Positions 26,449 to 35,310 of a DNA stretch of 64,000 bases are shown piece after piece. The DNA is taken from NCBI GenBank assembly GCA_022071975.1, contig JAJVIO010000019.1, positions 64,570 to 128,569 on the forward strand, read 5' to 3'. The notes beneath the pieces are model-generated. The model was not told where the DNA came from, did not search any database, and saw nothing but the letters and a program-made list of their open reading frames with translations. The position numbers and the translations under genes were made by a program. This stretch comes from Planctomycetota bacterium. Its GTDB lineage: Bacteria; Planctomycetota; UBA8742; UBA2392. Position 1 is the first letter of the stretch. Each line of letters begins with the position of its first letter.

Positions 26449-26940
26449 AGCGCGAGGCTGGAGGCGTGAGCTTACAGCAACTGCGGGAAATGACATGGCG
26501 ACGTCGGACCAATCAGGATACCGCAACTTGCGTGTCTGGCAGCGAGCCATGGACTGCGCAGAGATGGTTCACACGGTCACCAGGGGCTTCCCCAAGGACG
26601 AGCTCTACGGACTTACCAGCCAGATCAGGCGAGCGGCGAACTCAGTTCCGCTCAACATAGCCGAGGGCTACAAGCGTCGGCGCTACAAGCGGAAGTACCT
26701 GCAAGCGCTGACTTACGCCAGCGGGTCCGAAGGAGAAGTAGAGACGGCAATTGAGCTGGCGCAGCGGTTCAAGTACATCGCGCCGAACCAGGCGGGCGAG
26801 ATGGCAGCGCAGTATGACGAAGTAGGCCGTATGTTGAGCGCTTTGATAGCGCGAATCGAAGCCGACATTGAAAAGGAGGAGCGCGAAGGCGGCGGCAAGC
26901 GTGAGTAGTTTCTCACGCCTCACGCCCAACGCCTCACGCC
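26442..26940 (+). repeat. Heptad-periodic hairpin H6 (AGGCGTG / CTCACGC units) whose 'loop' contains a whole gene
   Basis: 5' arm GGCGTGAAGCGCGAGGCTGGAGGCGTGAG (26442-26470, includes the gcvPA TGA). 3' arm CTCACGCCTCACGCCCAACGCCTCACGCC (26912-26940), ending 8 nt before the gcvPB ATG. Confidence 0.75.
26495..26908 (+). CDS. Four-helix-bundle protein (TIGR02436 / '23S rRNA intervening sequence protein' family)
   Basis: ..YRNLRVWQRAMD.., ..QIRRAANSVPLNIAEGY.., ..ASGSEGEVETAIELA.. are the characteristic family motifs. 137 aa. Confidence 0.85.
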   Translation: MATSDQSGYRNLRVWQRAMDCAEMVHTVTRGFPKDELYGLTSQIRRAANSVPLNIAEGYKRRRYKRKYLQALTYASGSEGEVETAIELAQRFKYIAPNQAGEMAAQYDEVGRMLSALIARIEADIEKEEREGGGKRE

Positions 26941-26948
26941 AAACATTC

Positions 26949-28448
26949 ATGACGAACATTCCCGCCAATCCCGCCGAGCAGCTGCTGTTCGAGATCAGCA
27001 AGCCCGGGCGTCGCTGTGTGACTTTCCCGGCGCTGGACGTTCCCGAGGTTGACCCCGTGGACGCCCTCAAAGGCGCGAAGCTGCGCTCTGAGCCCGCGCG
27101 CCTGCCCGAAATCGGCGAGCTTGACCTGGTGCGCCACTTCAAGAACCTGGCCCAGAAGAACTACAGCGTGGACAAGAACTTCTACCCGCTGGGCAGTTGC
27201 ACCATGAAGTACAACCCCAAGATCAACGTCACCCTGCTGGCCCAGCCCGGCTACACCAAGGCCCACCCCTACCTGCCCGAGCAGGACATCCAGGGCCACC
27301 TCGAGCTGATGTACAACCTCGAGCACTACCTGCGCGAAGTCAGCGGCCTTGACGAAGTCACCCTGCAGCCCGCCGCCGGCGCCCATGGCGAGCTCACCGG
27401 CGTGATGTGCATCAAGGCCTACTTTGAGGACAAGGGCGAAGGCGCACAGCGCACGGAGTTCCTGATCCCCAGCGCCGCCCACGGCACCAACCCGGCGACC
27501 GCAGCCATGGCCGGCTTCAAGGCCGTCACGCTGAAGGAAGCCGCCAACGGCAACATCGACCTCGAAGAGCTTAGAAAAAAGGTCGGCCCCCAGACGGCCG
27601 GCATGATGATCACCAACCCCAGCACGCTGGGCATCCTCGAGCCGAAGATGCGCGAGATCGCCGAGATCCTGCACGGCGTTGGCGCGCAACTGTACATGGA
27701 CGGCGCGAACATGAACGCGATCAGCGGCATCGTGCAGCCCGGCGACTACGGCATCGACGTCATGCATTTCAATCTGCACAAGACGTTCAGCGTGCCCCAC
27801 GGCGGCGGCGGCCCCGGCGCCGGGCCGATCGCCGTGCGCAAGCACCTGGCCCCCTTCCTGCCCAAGCCGCGCATCAAGAAGAACGCCGACGGCAGCTTCG
27901 CGTTCGACTACGACCGGCCGAAGTCGGTCGGCAAGGTGCGCAGCTTCTTCGGCAATTTCGGCGCGCTGGTGATGGCCTACATCTACATGACGCAGCTCGG
28001 CCGTGAGGGCGTGCGGCGCATGAGCCAGTACGCGGTTTTGTCCGCGAACTACATAAGGGTGATGCTGCGCGACTACTACCACGTGCACCACGACCGCACC
28101 AACGCCCACGAGTGCGTGTTCACGGACCTGAAGCAGGACAAGGAAAACGGCGTGCACACGCTGGACATCGCCAAGCGGCTGATCGACTACGGCATCCACC
28201 CCATGACCATCTACTTCCCGCTGCCCCAGAACACCGGCGGCCACGGCGCCATGATGGTCGAGCCGACCGAGACGGAGAGCAAGGAAAGCATCGACTACTT
28301 CATCGAGTGCATGAAGAAGATCGCGCAGGAGTGCAAGGACAACCCGGAGCTGGTAAAGACCGCGCCGCACACGACGCCGGTGAAGAAAGTGGACGAAAAG
28401 ACCGCCAGCACCAACCCGCAGCTCTACTGCCCGATGTGCCTTGGTTAG
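26949..28448 (+). CDS. gcvPB: Glycine dehydrogenase (decarboxylating) subunit 2
   Basis: ..LGSCTMKYNP.., ..HFNLHKTFSVPHGGGGPG.. (PLP Lys region). Start ATG 26949 (MTNIPANPAEQ..). Confidence 0.9.
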   Translation: MTNIPANPAEQLLFEISKPGRRCVTFPALDVPEVDPVDALKGAKLRSEPARLPEIGELDLVRHFKNLAQKNYSVDKNFYPLGSCTMKYNPKINVTLLAQPGYTKAHPYLPEQDIQGHLELMYNLEHYLREVSGLDEVTLQPAAGAHGELTGVMCIKAYFEDKGEGAQRTEFLIPSAAHGTNPATAAMAGFKAVTLKEAANGNIDLEELRKKVGPQTAGMMITNPSTLGILEPKMREIAEILHGVGAQLYMDGANMNAISGIVQPGDYGIDVMHFNLHKTFSVPHGGGGPGAGPIAVRKHLAPFLPKPRIKKNADGSFAFDYDRPKSVGKVRSFFGNFGALVMAYIYMTQLGREGVRRMSQYAVLSANYIRVMLRDYYHVHHDRTNAHECVFTDLKQDKENGVHTLDIAKRLIDYGIHPMTIYFPLPQNTGGHGAMMVEPTETESKESIDYFIECMKKIAQECKDNPELVKTAPHTTPVKKVDEKTASTNPQLYCPMCLG

Positions 28449-28598
28449 GTTGTAGCGCTTAGGTTGCAGGTTGTAGGGAGGACGTTTGAATCTTGAGCGT
28501 CACGCGTTGATCACCCGGATCGCAGGATAGCTCGCGGTCTAAAACAACCCACGCGATGCTTGATCCCTATCACCTACAACCTATTACCTACTACCTGA
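28446..28598 (+). repeat. Heptad-periodic hairpin H5 (TAGGTTG / ACCTACn units) with ~85-nt loop
   Basis: 5' arm TAGGTTGTAGCGCTTAGGTTGCAGGTTGTAGGG (28446-28478, starts with the gcvPB TAG). 3' arm CCCTATCACCTACAACCTATTACCTACTACCTGA (28565-28598). Confidence 0.7.
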
Positions 28599-28630
28599 GT
28601 CAATTCTCACCCAGTCCAGAGAGCGCTCCC

Positions 28631-29815
28631 ATGGAACTCGTGCCATCCCATCGCGTCGCCAGCATCGGCGCTTACGCGTTTGCCGCCGTTGACGAAAAAG
28701 TAGCCGAGCTGAAAGCCAGGGGCATCACGCCCATCGACTTCGGCGTCGGCGACTACCAGGACCCCACGCCGCGGCTGATCCGCCAGGCCTGCAAAAAAGC
28801 CATCGACCAGCACGCCACCGACGGCTACCCCAGCTACATCGGCTCGCTGCCGTACCGCGAGGCGATCGCCGCCTGGCTGAAGCGCCGCTTCGGCGTCAGC
28901 CTTGACCCCAAGACCCAGATCACCAGCACCATCGGCAGCAAGGAGGGCATCTTCAACTTCGCCGAGGCATTCGTGAACCCCGGCGAATACGTGATCTGCC
29001 CCAGCCCCGGCTATCCGCCTTACAAGCGCGGCACCCTGTTCGCCGAGGGCGTGGCGTACTTCGTGGCCGTCACCCACAAGAACAAGTGCAAGTACGACTT
29101 CAAAAAGATCCCGCCCGAGGTCGCCGAGCGCGCGCGCATCATGTGGGTCACCACGCCCAGCAGCCCGCTGGGCTACGTGGCCGAGCTCGACTTCCTGAAA
29201 GCGGCCTACGAGTTCTGCCAGCAGCACGACATCATCCTCGCCAGCGACGAGGCGTACTCCGAGCTGTACTTCAAAGATCCGCCCCACAGCGCGCTGGAAG
29301 TCGCGGCTCAGAATAACTTCGACGGCGTGGTGCAGTTCCACTCGCTGTCAAAACGGAGCATTATGACCGGCTGGCGCGTGGGCTGGGTGGCCGGCGACAA
29401 GCGCGCTATCGACGCGTTCAAGAAGGTCAAGACCAACATCGACAGCGGCACGCCCAACTTCATCCAGGACGCCGCCATTGCGGCACTGGCCGACGAAAAG
29501 CACGTGCAGAAGCTGCGCAGCATGGTCAAGCGCAAGCGCAACATCATCTGCACCGCGCTGCGCAAGGCCGGCCTGAAGAACTGCAAGAACCCCGCCGGCC
29601 TGTACCTGTGGCAGAAAGCCCCGGAGGGCATGCGCGGCGAGGAATTCGCCACCCTGCTGATTGAGAAGTGCCACGTGGTGACCACGCCCGGCGAATGGCT
29701 GAGCGACGAGGTGGACGGAGAGAACCCCGGCGCCGGCCACGTGCGCTTCGCCTTCGTGCCGCCCATGGCCGAGGTGCAGCAGGCCGCCGAGCGCATCGCG
29801 CAGTTGAAGCTATAG
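28631..29815 (+). CDS. Class I/II aminotransferase (LL-diaminopimelate aminotransferase-like)
   Basis: ..ITPIDFGVGDYQDPTP.., ..HSLSKRSIMTGWRVGW.. (PLP Lys), 394 aa. Confidence 0.7.
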   Translation: MELVPSHRVASIGAYAFAAVDEKVAELKARGITPIDFGVGDYQDPTPRLIRQACKKAIDQHATDGYPSYIGSLPYREAIAAWLKRRFGVSLDPKTQITSTIGSKEGIFNFAEAFVNPGEYVICPSPGYPPYKRGTLFAEGVAYFVAVTHKNKCKYDFKKIPPEVAERARIMWVTTPSSPLGYVAELDFLKAAYEFCQQHDIILASDEAYSELYFKDPPHSALEVAAQNNFDGVVQFHSLSKRSIMTGWRVGWVAGDKRAIDAFKKVKTNIDSGTPNFIQDAAIAALADEKHVQKLRSMVKRKRNIICTALRKAGLKNCKNPAGLYLWQKAPEGMRGEEFATLLIEKCHVVTTPGEWLSDEVDGENPGAGHVRFAFVPPMAEVQQAAERIAQLKL

Positions 29816-29876
29816 GGGCAGGCCCATGTGCCCGCCCGGGGTCGAAGGCCGCCGCACAGGGCGGGCGCTACGGGAT
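29813..29876. repeat. GC-rich palindromic element, copy a (TAGGGGCAGGCCCATGTGCCCGCCCG...GGGCGGGCGCTACGGG)
   Basis: Hairpin GGGCAGGC-ccatgt-GCCCGCCC. It starts with the TAG stop of the aminotransferase. Near-identical 26-mer at 33816. Confidence 0.7.
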
Positions 29877-29913
29877 TGCTGCCTCGCCGGAATTCGTTAG
29901 GTACAATGACCCT

Positions 29914-30492
29914 ATGGACTGCCAGTGCTGCAACAAGAAGCCCGCCCGAATACGCATCTGCGATGTTGAAGAGAACAACATCGGGGAGCAGATCAACGTC
30001 TGCCCCGACTGCTTCAACCTCATCAAGCGCTACATGTTCGACATCACCAAGCCGCTGATGACCACGCCCGACGTGATCCGCGAAGTACAGGGCCTGCTCA
30101 CGGCCGGCGAAACCTCCCTTGCCACGCTGCCTGAGCCGGGCGGCATCACCCCGGTTGGAAAGGAACCCGTGCCGGTCTGCCCTGACTGCGGCATGTCGCT
30201 TTCCGAGTTCCGCGCCCGCGGCCGTTTCGGCTGTCCGCGCGACTACGAAGTGTTCGCCGAGCACCTGGACCCGCTGTTCGAGCGCATCCATGACGTGCAG
30301 CCAGCCCGCCACCAGGGCCACCTGCCCGAGAAGTCGGGCGGCGAAGAAGTCGTGCAGCGGCGCCAGACCGTGGCCGACCTGCGCAAACGCCTTGACGCGG
30401 CCGTGGCTGAAGAAAACTACGAACTGGCGGCGCGCCTGCGCGACCAGATCGCCGAGCTGGAGTCGCGGCCCAAGGCGGAGGAACGTTCGTGA
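29914..30492 (+). CDS. mcsA: Protein-arginine kinase activator McsA-like (zinc fingers + UVR motif)
   Basis: MDCQCCNKK..VCPDCF.., CPDCGMS..FGCPRDY.., C-terminal UVR ..AVAEENYELAARLRDQIAELE.. ATGA/GTGA-coupled to mcsB. Confidence 0.7.
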   Translation: MDCQCCNKKPARIRICDVEENNIGEQINVCPDCFNLIKRYMFDITKPLMTTPDVIREVQGLLTAGETSLATLPEPGGITPVGKEPVPVCPDCGMSLSEFRARGRFGCPRDYEVFAEHLDPLFERIHDVQPARHQGHLPEKSGGEEVVQRRQTVADLRKRLDAAVAEENYELAARLRDQIAELESRPKAEERS

Positions 30493-31553
30493 GCGAAGCC
30501 TTCGACAACTTCCCTCACATCCTGGGCGAGTGGCTGAAAGGCACTGGTCCCGACAGCGACATCGTGGTCAGCACCCGCGTGCGCTTCGCCCGCAACGTGC
30601 GGGGCTTCCCGTTCACCGGCCGCGCCAGCGACGCCCAGCGCAGCGAAGTGCTGAAGCTGTGTGAGGACGCGCTCAAGCAGGTGCACCTCGACCGCAGCGT
30701 GGTCACGCTCGAGCTGGACAAGCTGCCCGAGCTGAAGCGCGACGTGCTGGTCGAGCGCCACCTGATCAGCCGCGAGCTGGCCAGCGGCGAGGGCCCGCGC
30801 GGCGTGACCTTCGGGCGCGGCGAGATGCTCAGCATCATGATCAACGAGGAAGACCACCTGCGCCTGCAGTGGATCAAGTCCGGCTTCGACGTGGACCGCG
30901 CCTTCCACGCACTGTGCAAGGTGGACCGCGCCCTCGAGAAGACCCTGCCCTACGCCACCAGCGACCGCTACGGCTACCTGACGGCGTGCCCCACCAACGT
31001 GGGCACCGGCATGCGCGTCAGCGTGATGGTGCACCTGCCGGCCCTTACCCTGAAAGAAAACATCGACCAGGTCTTCAAGGCCGCCCAGCGCATGAACCAC
31101 GCCGTGCGCGGCCTGTACGGCGAAGGCACCCGCGCGTTCGGCGACATGTACCAGATCAGCAACCAGACCACTCTCGGCCGCAGCGAAGAGCAGATCGTGG
31201 AGGCCATCAAGGCGATCGTGCCCAAGATCCTGGAGTTCGAGCGCCAGCGCCGCGGCCAGCTGTACACCGAAGACCGCAGCTTCGTCGAAGACAAGGTGCT
31301 GCGCTCGCTGGCGCTGCTGCGCTCGGCCCGGCGCCTGAACGTGCAGGAGATGATGTCGCACCTGTCGATGCTGCGCCTGGGCGTTGACCTCGGCATCGTC
31401 GCGGACGTGCCGGTGCGCACGCTCAATGAGCTGTTCATCCTGGGCCAGCCCTCGCACCTGCAGGAGAGTGAAGGGCGCATGCTGCCGGCCAACGAGCGCG
31501 ATACCCGCCGCGCCGAGCTGGTGCGCTCGCGCCTCGCGGCCGGAAGCAACTGA
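30489..31553 (+). CDS. mcsB: Protein arginine kinase (ATP:guanido phosphotransferase)
   Basis: ..RVRFARNVRGFPF.., ..NEEDHLRLQ.., ..LTACPTNVGTGMRVSVMVHLPAL... Confidence 0.85.
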   Translation: MSEAFDNFPHILGEWLKGTGPDSDIVVSTRVRFARNVRGFPFTGRASDAQRSEVLKLCEDALKQVHLDRSVVTLELDKLPELKRDVLVERHLISRELASGEGPRGVTFGRGEMLSIMINEEDHLRLQWIKSGFDVDRAFHALCKVDRALEKTLPYATSDRYGYLTACPTNVGTGMRVSVMVHLPALTLKENIDQVFKAAQRMNHAVRGLYGEGTRAFGDMYQISNQTTLGRSEEQIVEAIKAIVPKILEFERQRRGQLYTEDRSFVEDKVLRSLALLRSARRLNVQEMMSHLSMLRLGVDLGIVADVPVRTLNELFILGQPSHLQESEGRMLPANERDTRRAELVRSRLAAGSN

Positions 31554-32752
31554 TGAGCGACACTTACCGCGACACCAGCCGGCTGTTCACCATCCGCCTG
31601 CCCAAAGGCTTTGAGCGTGACCCCCGCGCCAAGAGCCTTGTGTTCCGGAACCCGGAAATCGACGGCACGGTTACCGTAAGCTGCCTGCGCCACCGCACTG
31701 GCGACGCCGACGTCAACCTGTTCGACGCGCTGCCCAGCCGCGAGGCCATGGGCAACATCCAGCGCGGCCAGCGCGACGGCATGAACTTCGTGTATGGCGA
31801 CTACGAGGGCGAGCTGCAGAACCGCCCCGAATACTGGCGCTGGTGGACCCTGCAGCGCGGCCCGGTCGGCATCGTGGTCAGCTTCAATGGCGCGCCGGAA
31901 ACTGCAGACGACCCCGAGCCCGTCGATCAGTTCGTGGCCGGCATACGCATCACCGAGCACCCCCCGCTTTCCGTGGAAGAATTCACGGTGCTTGGTGCCG
32001 AGGTGTACGCCCGTGCATTGGGCAAGGACAAACCCGCCATCAACAAGCCCCTTGAGCTCAACACCGGCAACAACTCCACCCTGCGCCTCGACAACGCCTA
32101 CATCAGCTACCTCGATGAATGGGACGTGAACCACCAGGCCGACCCGCAACCCTTGCTGCAGCAGTGGTTCGAACGCCTGTGGGGTGAACACGTCGAAGTG
32201 CTGGGCCCCTTCGAAGACGTGCGCTCGCTGATCTACCCCATCGTCAAGCCCTGGGGATTCGGCCGCGAAACCAAGGTGCCCGTGCTGCGCCGCAGCATCA
32301 TCGACGGCGAGCTGGAACTGCTGGCGGCCGTGGACACCGGCCGCACGCTGCGCTTCCTGAGCAGTGAAGACCTCGCGCGCTGGGAAGGGGTGAGCGAAGA
32401 GGACGTGTTTTTCTACGGCCGCGAAAATCTTTCCGCGCTGTCGCAGGACATGCAGTTGCAGGCCCTGGCGGATGCGGACGGCACGCCTCGGGCGGTGATC
32501 GTCGCCAGCGGGGACAGCTACGACGCTTCGCGCCTGATGCTGCCGGAGCTGTACAACAAGCTGTCCGAGGTGCTGGGCCCCAACCTGCTGGTAGGCGTGC
32601 CCAACCGCGACTTCATGATCGTGCTGACAGAGGACGACCATGAGCTGGTGGAGAACGTAAGCAACCAGGTAAAGATCGACGCCGAAACCCGCCCCTACTC
32701 CATCAGCGGCAAGCTCTACCGCCTGACCAAAGACGGCGTCCAGCCCAGGTGA
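31553..32752 (+). CDS. Hypothetical protein (possibly DUF1444-like C-terminal half)
   Basis: 399-aa ORF with normal GC3 bias, translationally coupled to mcsB (TGATG). No motif that I can name with confidence. Confidence 0.5.
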   Translation: MSDTYRDTSRLFTIRLPKGFERDPRAKSLVFRNPEIDGTVTVSCLRHRTGDADVNLFDALPSREAMGNIQRGQRDGMNFVYGDYEGELQNRPEYWRWWTLQRGPVGIVVSFNGAPETADDPEPVDQFVAGIRITEHPPLSVEEFTVLGAEVYARALGKDKPAINKPLELNTGNNSTLRLDNAYISYLDEWDVNHQADPQPLLQQWFERLWGEHVEVLGPFEDVRSLIYPIVKPWGFGRETKVPVLRRSIIDGELELLAAVDTGRTLRFLSSEDLARWEGVSEEDVFFYGRENLSALSQDMQLQALADADGTPRAVIVASGDSYDASRLMLPELYNKLSEVLGPNLLVGVPNRDFMIVLTEDDHELVENVSNQVKIDAETRPYSISGKLYRLTKDGVQPR

Positions 32753-32830
32753 CAGGTTTCAGGTTTCAGGTTTCTGTGTTCACGGTATTGTGTTGCCCCT
32801 GAAACCTGGAACCTGACACCTGAAACCTGA
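32753..32830 (+). repeat. Heptad-periodic hairpin H4 (CAGGTTT / CCTGAAA units)
   Basis: 5' arm CAGGTTTCAGGTTTCAGGTTTCTGTGTTCAC starts directly after TGA 32750-32752. 3' arm CCTGAAACCTGGAACCTGACACCTGAAACCTGA ends 4 nt before ATG 32835. 19 of 21 outer positions pair. Confidence 0.85.
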
Positions 32831-32834
32831 TCTC

Positions 32835-33818
32835 ATGACGAACCCACTTGATGTTGTTGCCATCGGCAATGCGCTGGTTGACGTGCTGGCGCACTCGGAC
32901 GACGAATTCCTCACCGCGCGCGGTATCGAAAAAGGCTCCATGCGCCTGATCAACGCGCAGCAGGCCGAAGAGCTTTACGGCCAGATGGGTCCCGGCGTGG
33001 AATGCTCCGGCGGCAGCGCGGCCAACACCGTGGCCGGCATCGCTTCGCTCGGAGGCAAGGCCGGCTTCATCGGCAAGGTCGCCGGCGACCAGCTGGGCAA
33101 AATCTTCAAACACGACATCACGGCGCTCGGGGTCGAGTTCAACAGCGCCCCGACCTTCGACACCAGCCCCACCGGGCGCTGCCTGGTGTTCGTCACCCCC
33201 GACGCCCAGCGCACCATGCAGACCTTCCTGGGCAGCGCCGGCGAAGTCAGCCCCGCCGACGTGGACGCCGGGCTGATCCAGCGCGCGCAGGTGACCTACT
33301 TCGAGGGCTACCTGTTCGACGCGCCGCCCGCCAAACAGGCCTACCTGAAGGCCGCCGAGATCGCCCACGCGGCCGGCAAGAAAGTCAGCCTCACCCTCAG
33401 CGACAAGTTCTGCGTGGACCGCCACCGCGCCGAGTTCAAAGACCTGGTGCACGGCCACATCGACGTGCTGTTCGCCAACGAGCTGGAGATCATCGCGCTG
33501 TACGAGACCGGCGGCTTCGACGAGGCCGTTGCGGCCGTGCGCGGCAAGTGCGATATCGCGGTGCTGACCCGCAGTGAAAAGGGCGCGCTGATCGTGACGC
33601 CGGAGCAGACCATCGAGGTGAAGGCTCAGCCGGTCGCCAAGGTCGAGGACACCACCGGCGCCGGCGACTTGTTCGCCGCGGGCTTCCTGTACGGCTACAC
33701 TCACGGCAAGCCGCTGGCCGAATGCGGCAGGATCGCAGCTATCTGCGCGGCCGAGATCATCAGCCACGTTGGCGCCCGGCCGGACACCAACCTGGCGGAG
33801 CTGGTGGCGCGCACGTAG
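32835..33818 (+). CDS. PfkB-family kinase (adenosine kinase-like)
   Basis: ..GGSAANT.., ..DTTGAGDLFAAGFLYG.. (PfkB signature 2), 327 aa. Confidence 0.8.
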   Translation: MTNPLDVVAIGNALVDVLAHSDDEFLTARGIEKGSMRLINAQQAEELYGQMGPGVECSGGSAANTVAGIASLGGKAGFIGKVAGDQLGKIFKHDITALGVEFNSAPTFDTSPTGRCLVFVTPDAQRTMQTFLGSAGEVSPADVDAGLIQRAQVTYFEGYLFDAPPAKQAYLKAAEIAHAAGKKVSLTLSDKFCVDRHRAEFKDLVHGHIDVLFANELEIIALYETGGFDEAVAAVRGKCDIAVLTRSEKGALIVTPEQTIEVKAQPVAKVEDTTGAGDLFAAGFLYGYTHGKPLAECGRIAAICAAEIISHVGARPDTNLAELVART

Positions 33819-33916
33819 GGGCGGGCCCATGTGCCCGCCCGTTGGCACTTCCGTCGGCAGCATCTCCTGCCTACACTCCGCGAGCAAAGCGGGCGGCCAC
33901 GCGGGGCCGCCCCTAC
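33815..33916. repeat. GC-rich palindromic element, copy b, with ~12-bp terminal inverted repeats
   Basis: GTAGGGGCGGGCC (33815-33827) versus GGCCGCCCCTAC (33905-33916). Internal hairpin GGGCGGGC-ccatgt-GCCCGCCC. Contains the TAG stop of the kinase gene. Confidence 0.7.
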
Positions 33917-33925
33917 GGGGGCGCC

Positions 33926-35308
33926 ATGCTCGGGGTCTTTGAACCAACCTGGATTCCCATGGCCGTGCTGGGGGTGATCATGCTGATCACCTACCTGTTC
34001 ATTGCGTTCGAGAAGCTGCACAAGAGCGTGTGCGCCATCGTGGGTGCTATCGCGGCCGTGGTGGCCGCCATGGCTTTCGGCCTGTTCGGCAAGTCGGGCT
34101 ATCACGAAGTGCACGAGATCATCGGGCACGACCTGAACATCCTGGGCGTCATCATCGGCACCAGCATCCTTGTGGATACCGTGGGCGGCAGCGGGCTGTT
34201 CCACTTCATCGGCATCCGCGTCGTGAAGCTGACCGGCGGCGAGCCGAAACGGCTGTTCCTGTTCGTGTGCATCCTGACTTTCCTGTTTGTCAGCCTGCTG
34301 ACCATCGCGCCGGGCACGCTTTTAATGGCCTCGCTGGCGCTGGTGATCTGCCGCACCCTGGGCTACCACCCCAAACCCTACCTGATCGCCGTCGCCATCG
34401 TGGCCAACAGCGCGGCGCTGACCACCTTCAGCAGCGGCATCGCCACACTGATGATCGGCACGGCGGCCGAGATCCCCTACTTCCAGTTCTTCATCGGCAG
34501 CACGCCGCTGGCGTTCGCCACGGCCGCGGTGGCGTTCCTGGTGCTGGTCAAGCTGTACGGCAGGAAGCTGCTGGAAGACGCGGCCAAGGCCGGCGACCCC
34601 GCCACCCTGAAGCAGAAGGTGGCCGGCTTCGACGAGTGGGCGATGGTGAAAGACCGCCGCGTGTTCCGGCGCAGCGCGGGCGTGCTGGGCGCCACGGTGG
34701 TGGGCTTCGCCACCGCGCAGGCCCTGCACGTCGGGCTTGATTTCGTCGCCATGGCGGGCGGCATGGCGGCCCTGTTGTTCTGCGCCGGCGACCCGGAGCA
34801 GGCGATCAAGAAGGTGAAGTGGCCGGTGATCCTGTTCTTCGTGGGCCTGTTCGTGATCATCGGCGCGGTGAAGGCCACGGGTCTGCTGGCGGCCACGGCC
34901 GACGCGCTGGTCAGCCTGGGCGGCGGCAGCGGCACGGTGCTGGTGCTGATCATCGGACTGTTCGTGTTGGGCTTCAGCGGCTTCATCGACAACATCCCCC
35001 TGGCGGCAACCATGATCCCGGTGCTGGACCCGATCGCCGCGGACAACCCGGCCCTGGCGCCGGCCCTGTTCTGGGTGCTGATCGCGGCCGCCAACCTGGG
35101 CGGCAACAGCACGCCGATTGGCAGCGTCAGCAGCGTGATCGCCCTGCACGCGCTGGAAAGCGACCGCGGCGAAAAAGTGGGTTGGGGCGAGTACATGAAG
35201 GCGGGCGGCCTGATTCTGGCCGTGCAGTCCGTGCTGGTACTCGGCTACGTCCTGTTGATGATGAACCTGGGCTGGTTCCCGGACCTGCCTAAGTACGTGA
35301 AAGGATAG
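33926..35308 (+). CDS. ArsB/NhaD (CitMHS-like) family permease
   Basis: About 12 TM helices. ..LLTIAPGTLLMASLALV.., ..DNIPLAATMIPVL.., ..AANLGGNSTPIGS.. are typical of the ArsB/NhaD permease superfamily. Confidence 0.7.
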   Translation: MLGVFEPTWIPMAVLGVIMLITYLFIAFEKLHKSVCAIVGAIAAVVAAMAFGLFGKSGYHEVHEIIGHDLNILGVIIGTSILVDTVGGSGLFHFIGIRVVKLTGGEPKRLFLFVCILTFLFVSLLTIAPGTLLMASLALVICRTLGYHPKPYLIAVAIVANSAALTTFSSGIATLMIGTAAEIPYFQFFIGSTPLAFATAAVAFLVLVKLYGRKLLEDAAKAGDPATLKQKVAGFDEWAMVKDRRVFRRSAGVLGATVVGFATAQALHVGLDFVAMAGGMAALLFCAGDPEQAIKKVKWPVILFFVGLFVIIGAVKATGLLAATADALVSLGGGSGTVLVLIIGLFVLGFSGFIDNIPLAATMIPVLDPIAADNPALAPALFWVLIAAANLGGNSTPIGSVSSVIALHALESDRGEKVGWGEYMKAGGLILAVQSVLVLGYVLLMMNLGWFPDLPKYVKG

Positions 35309-35310
35309 CC

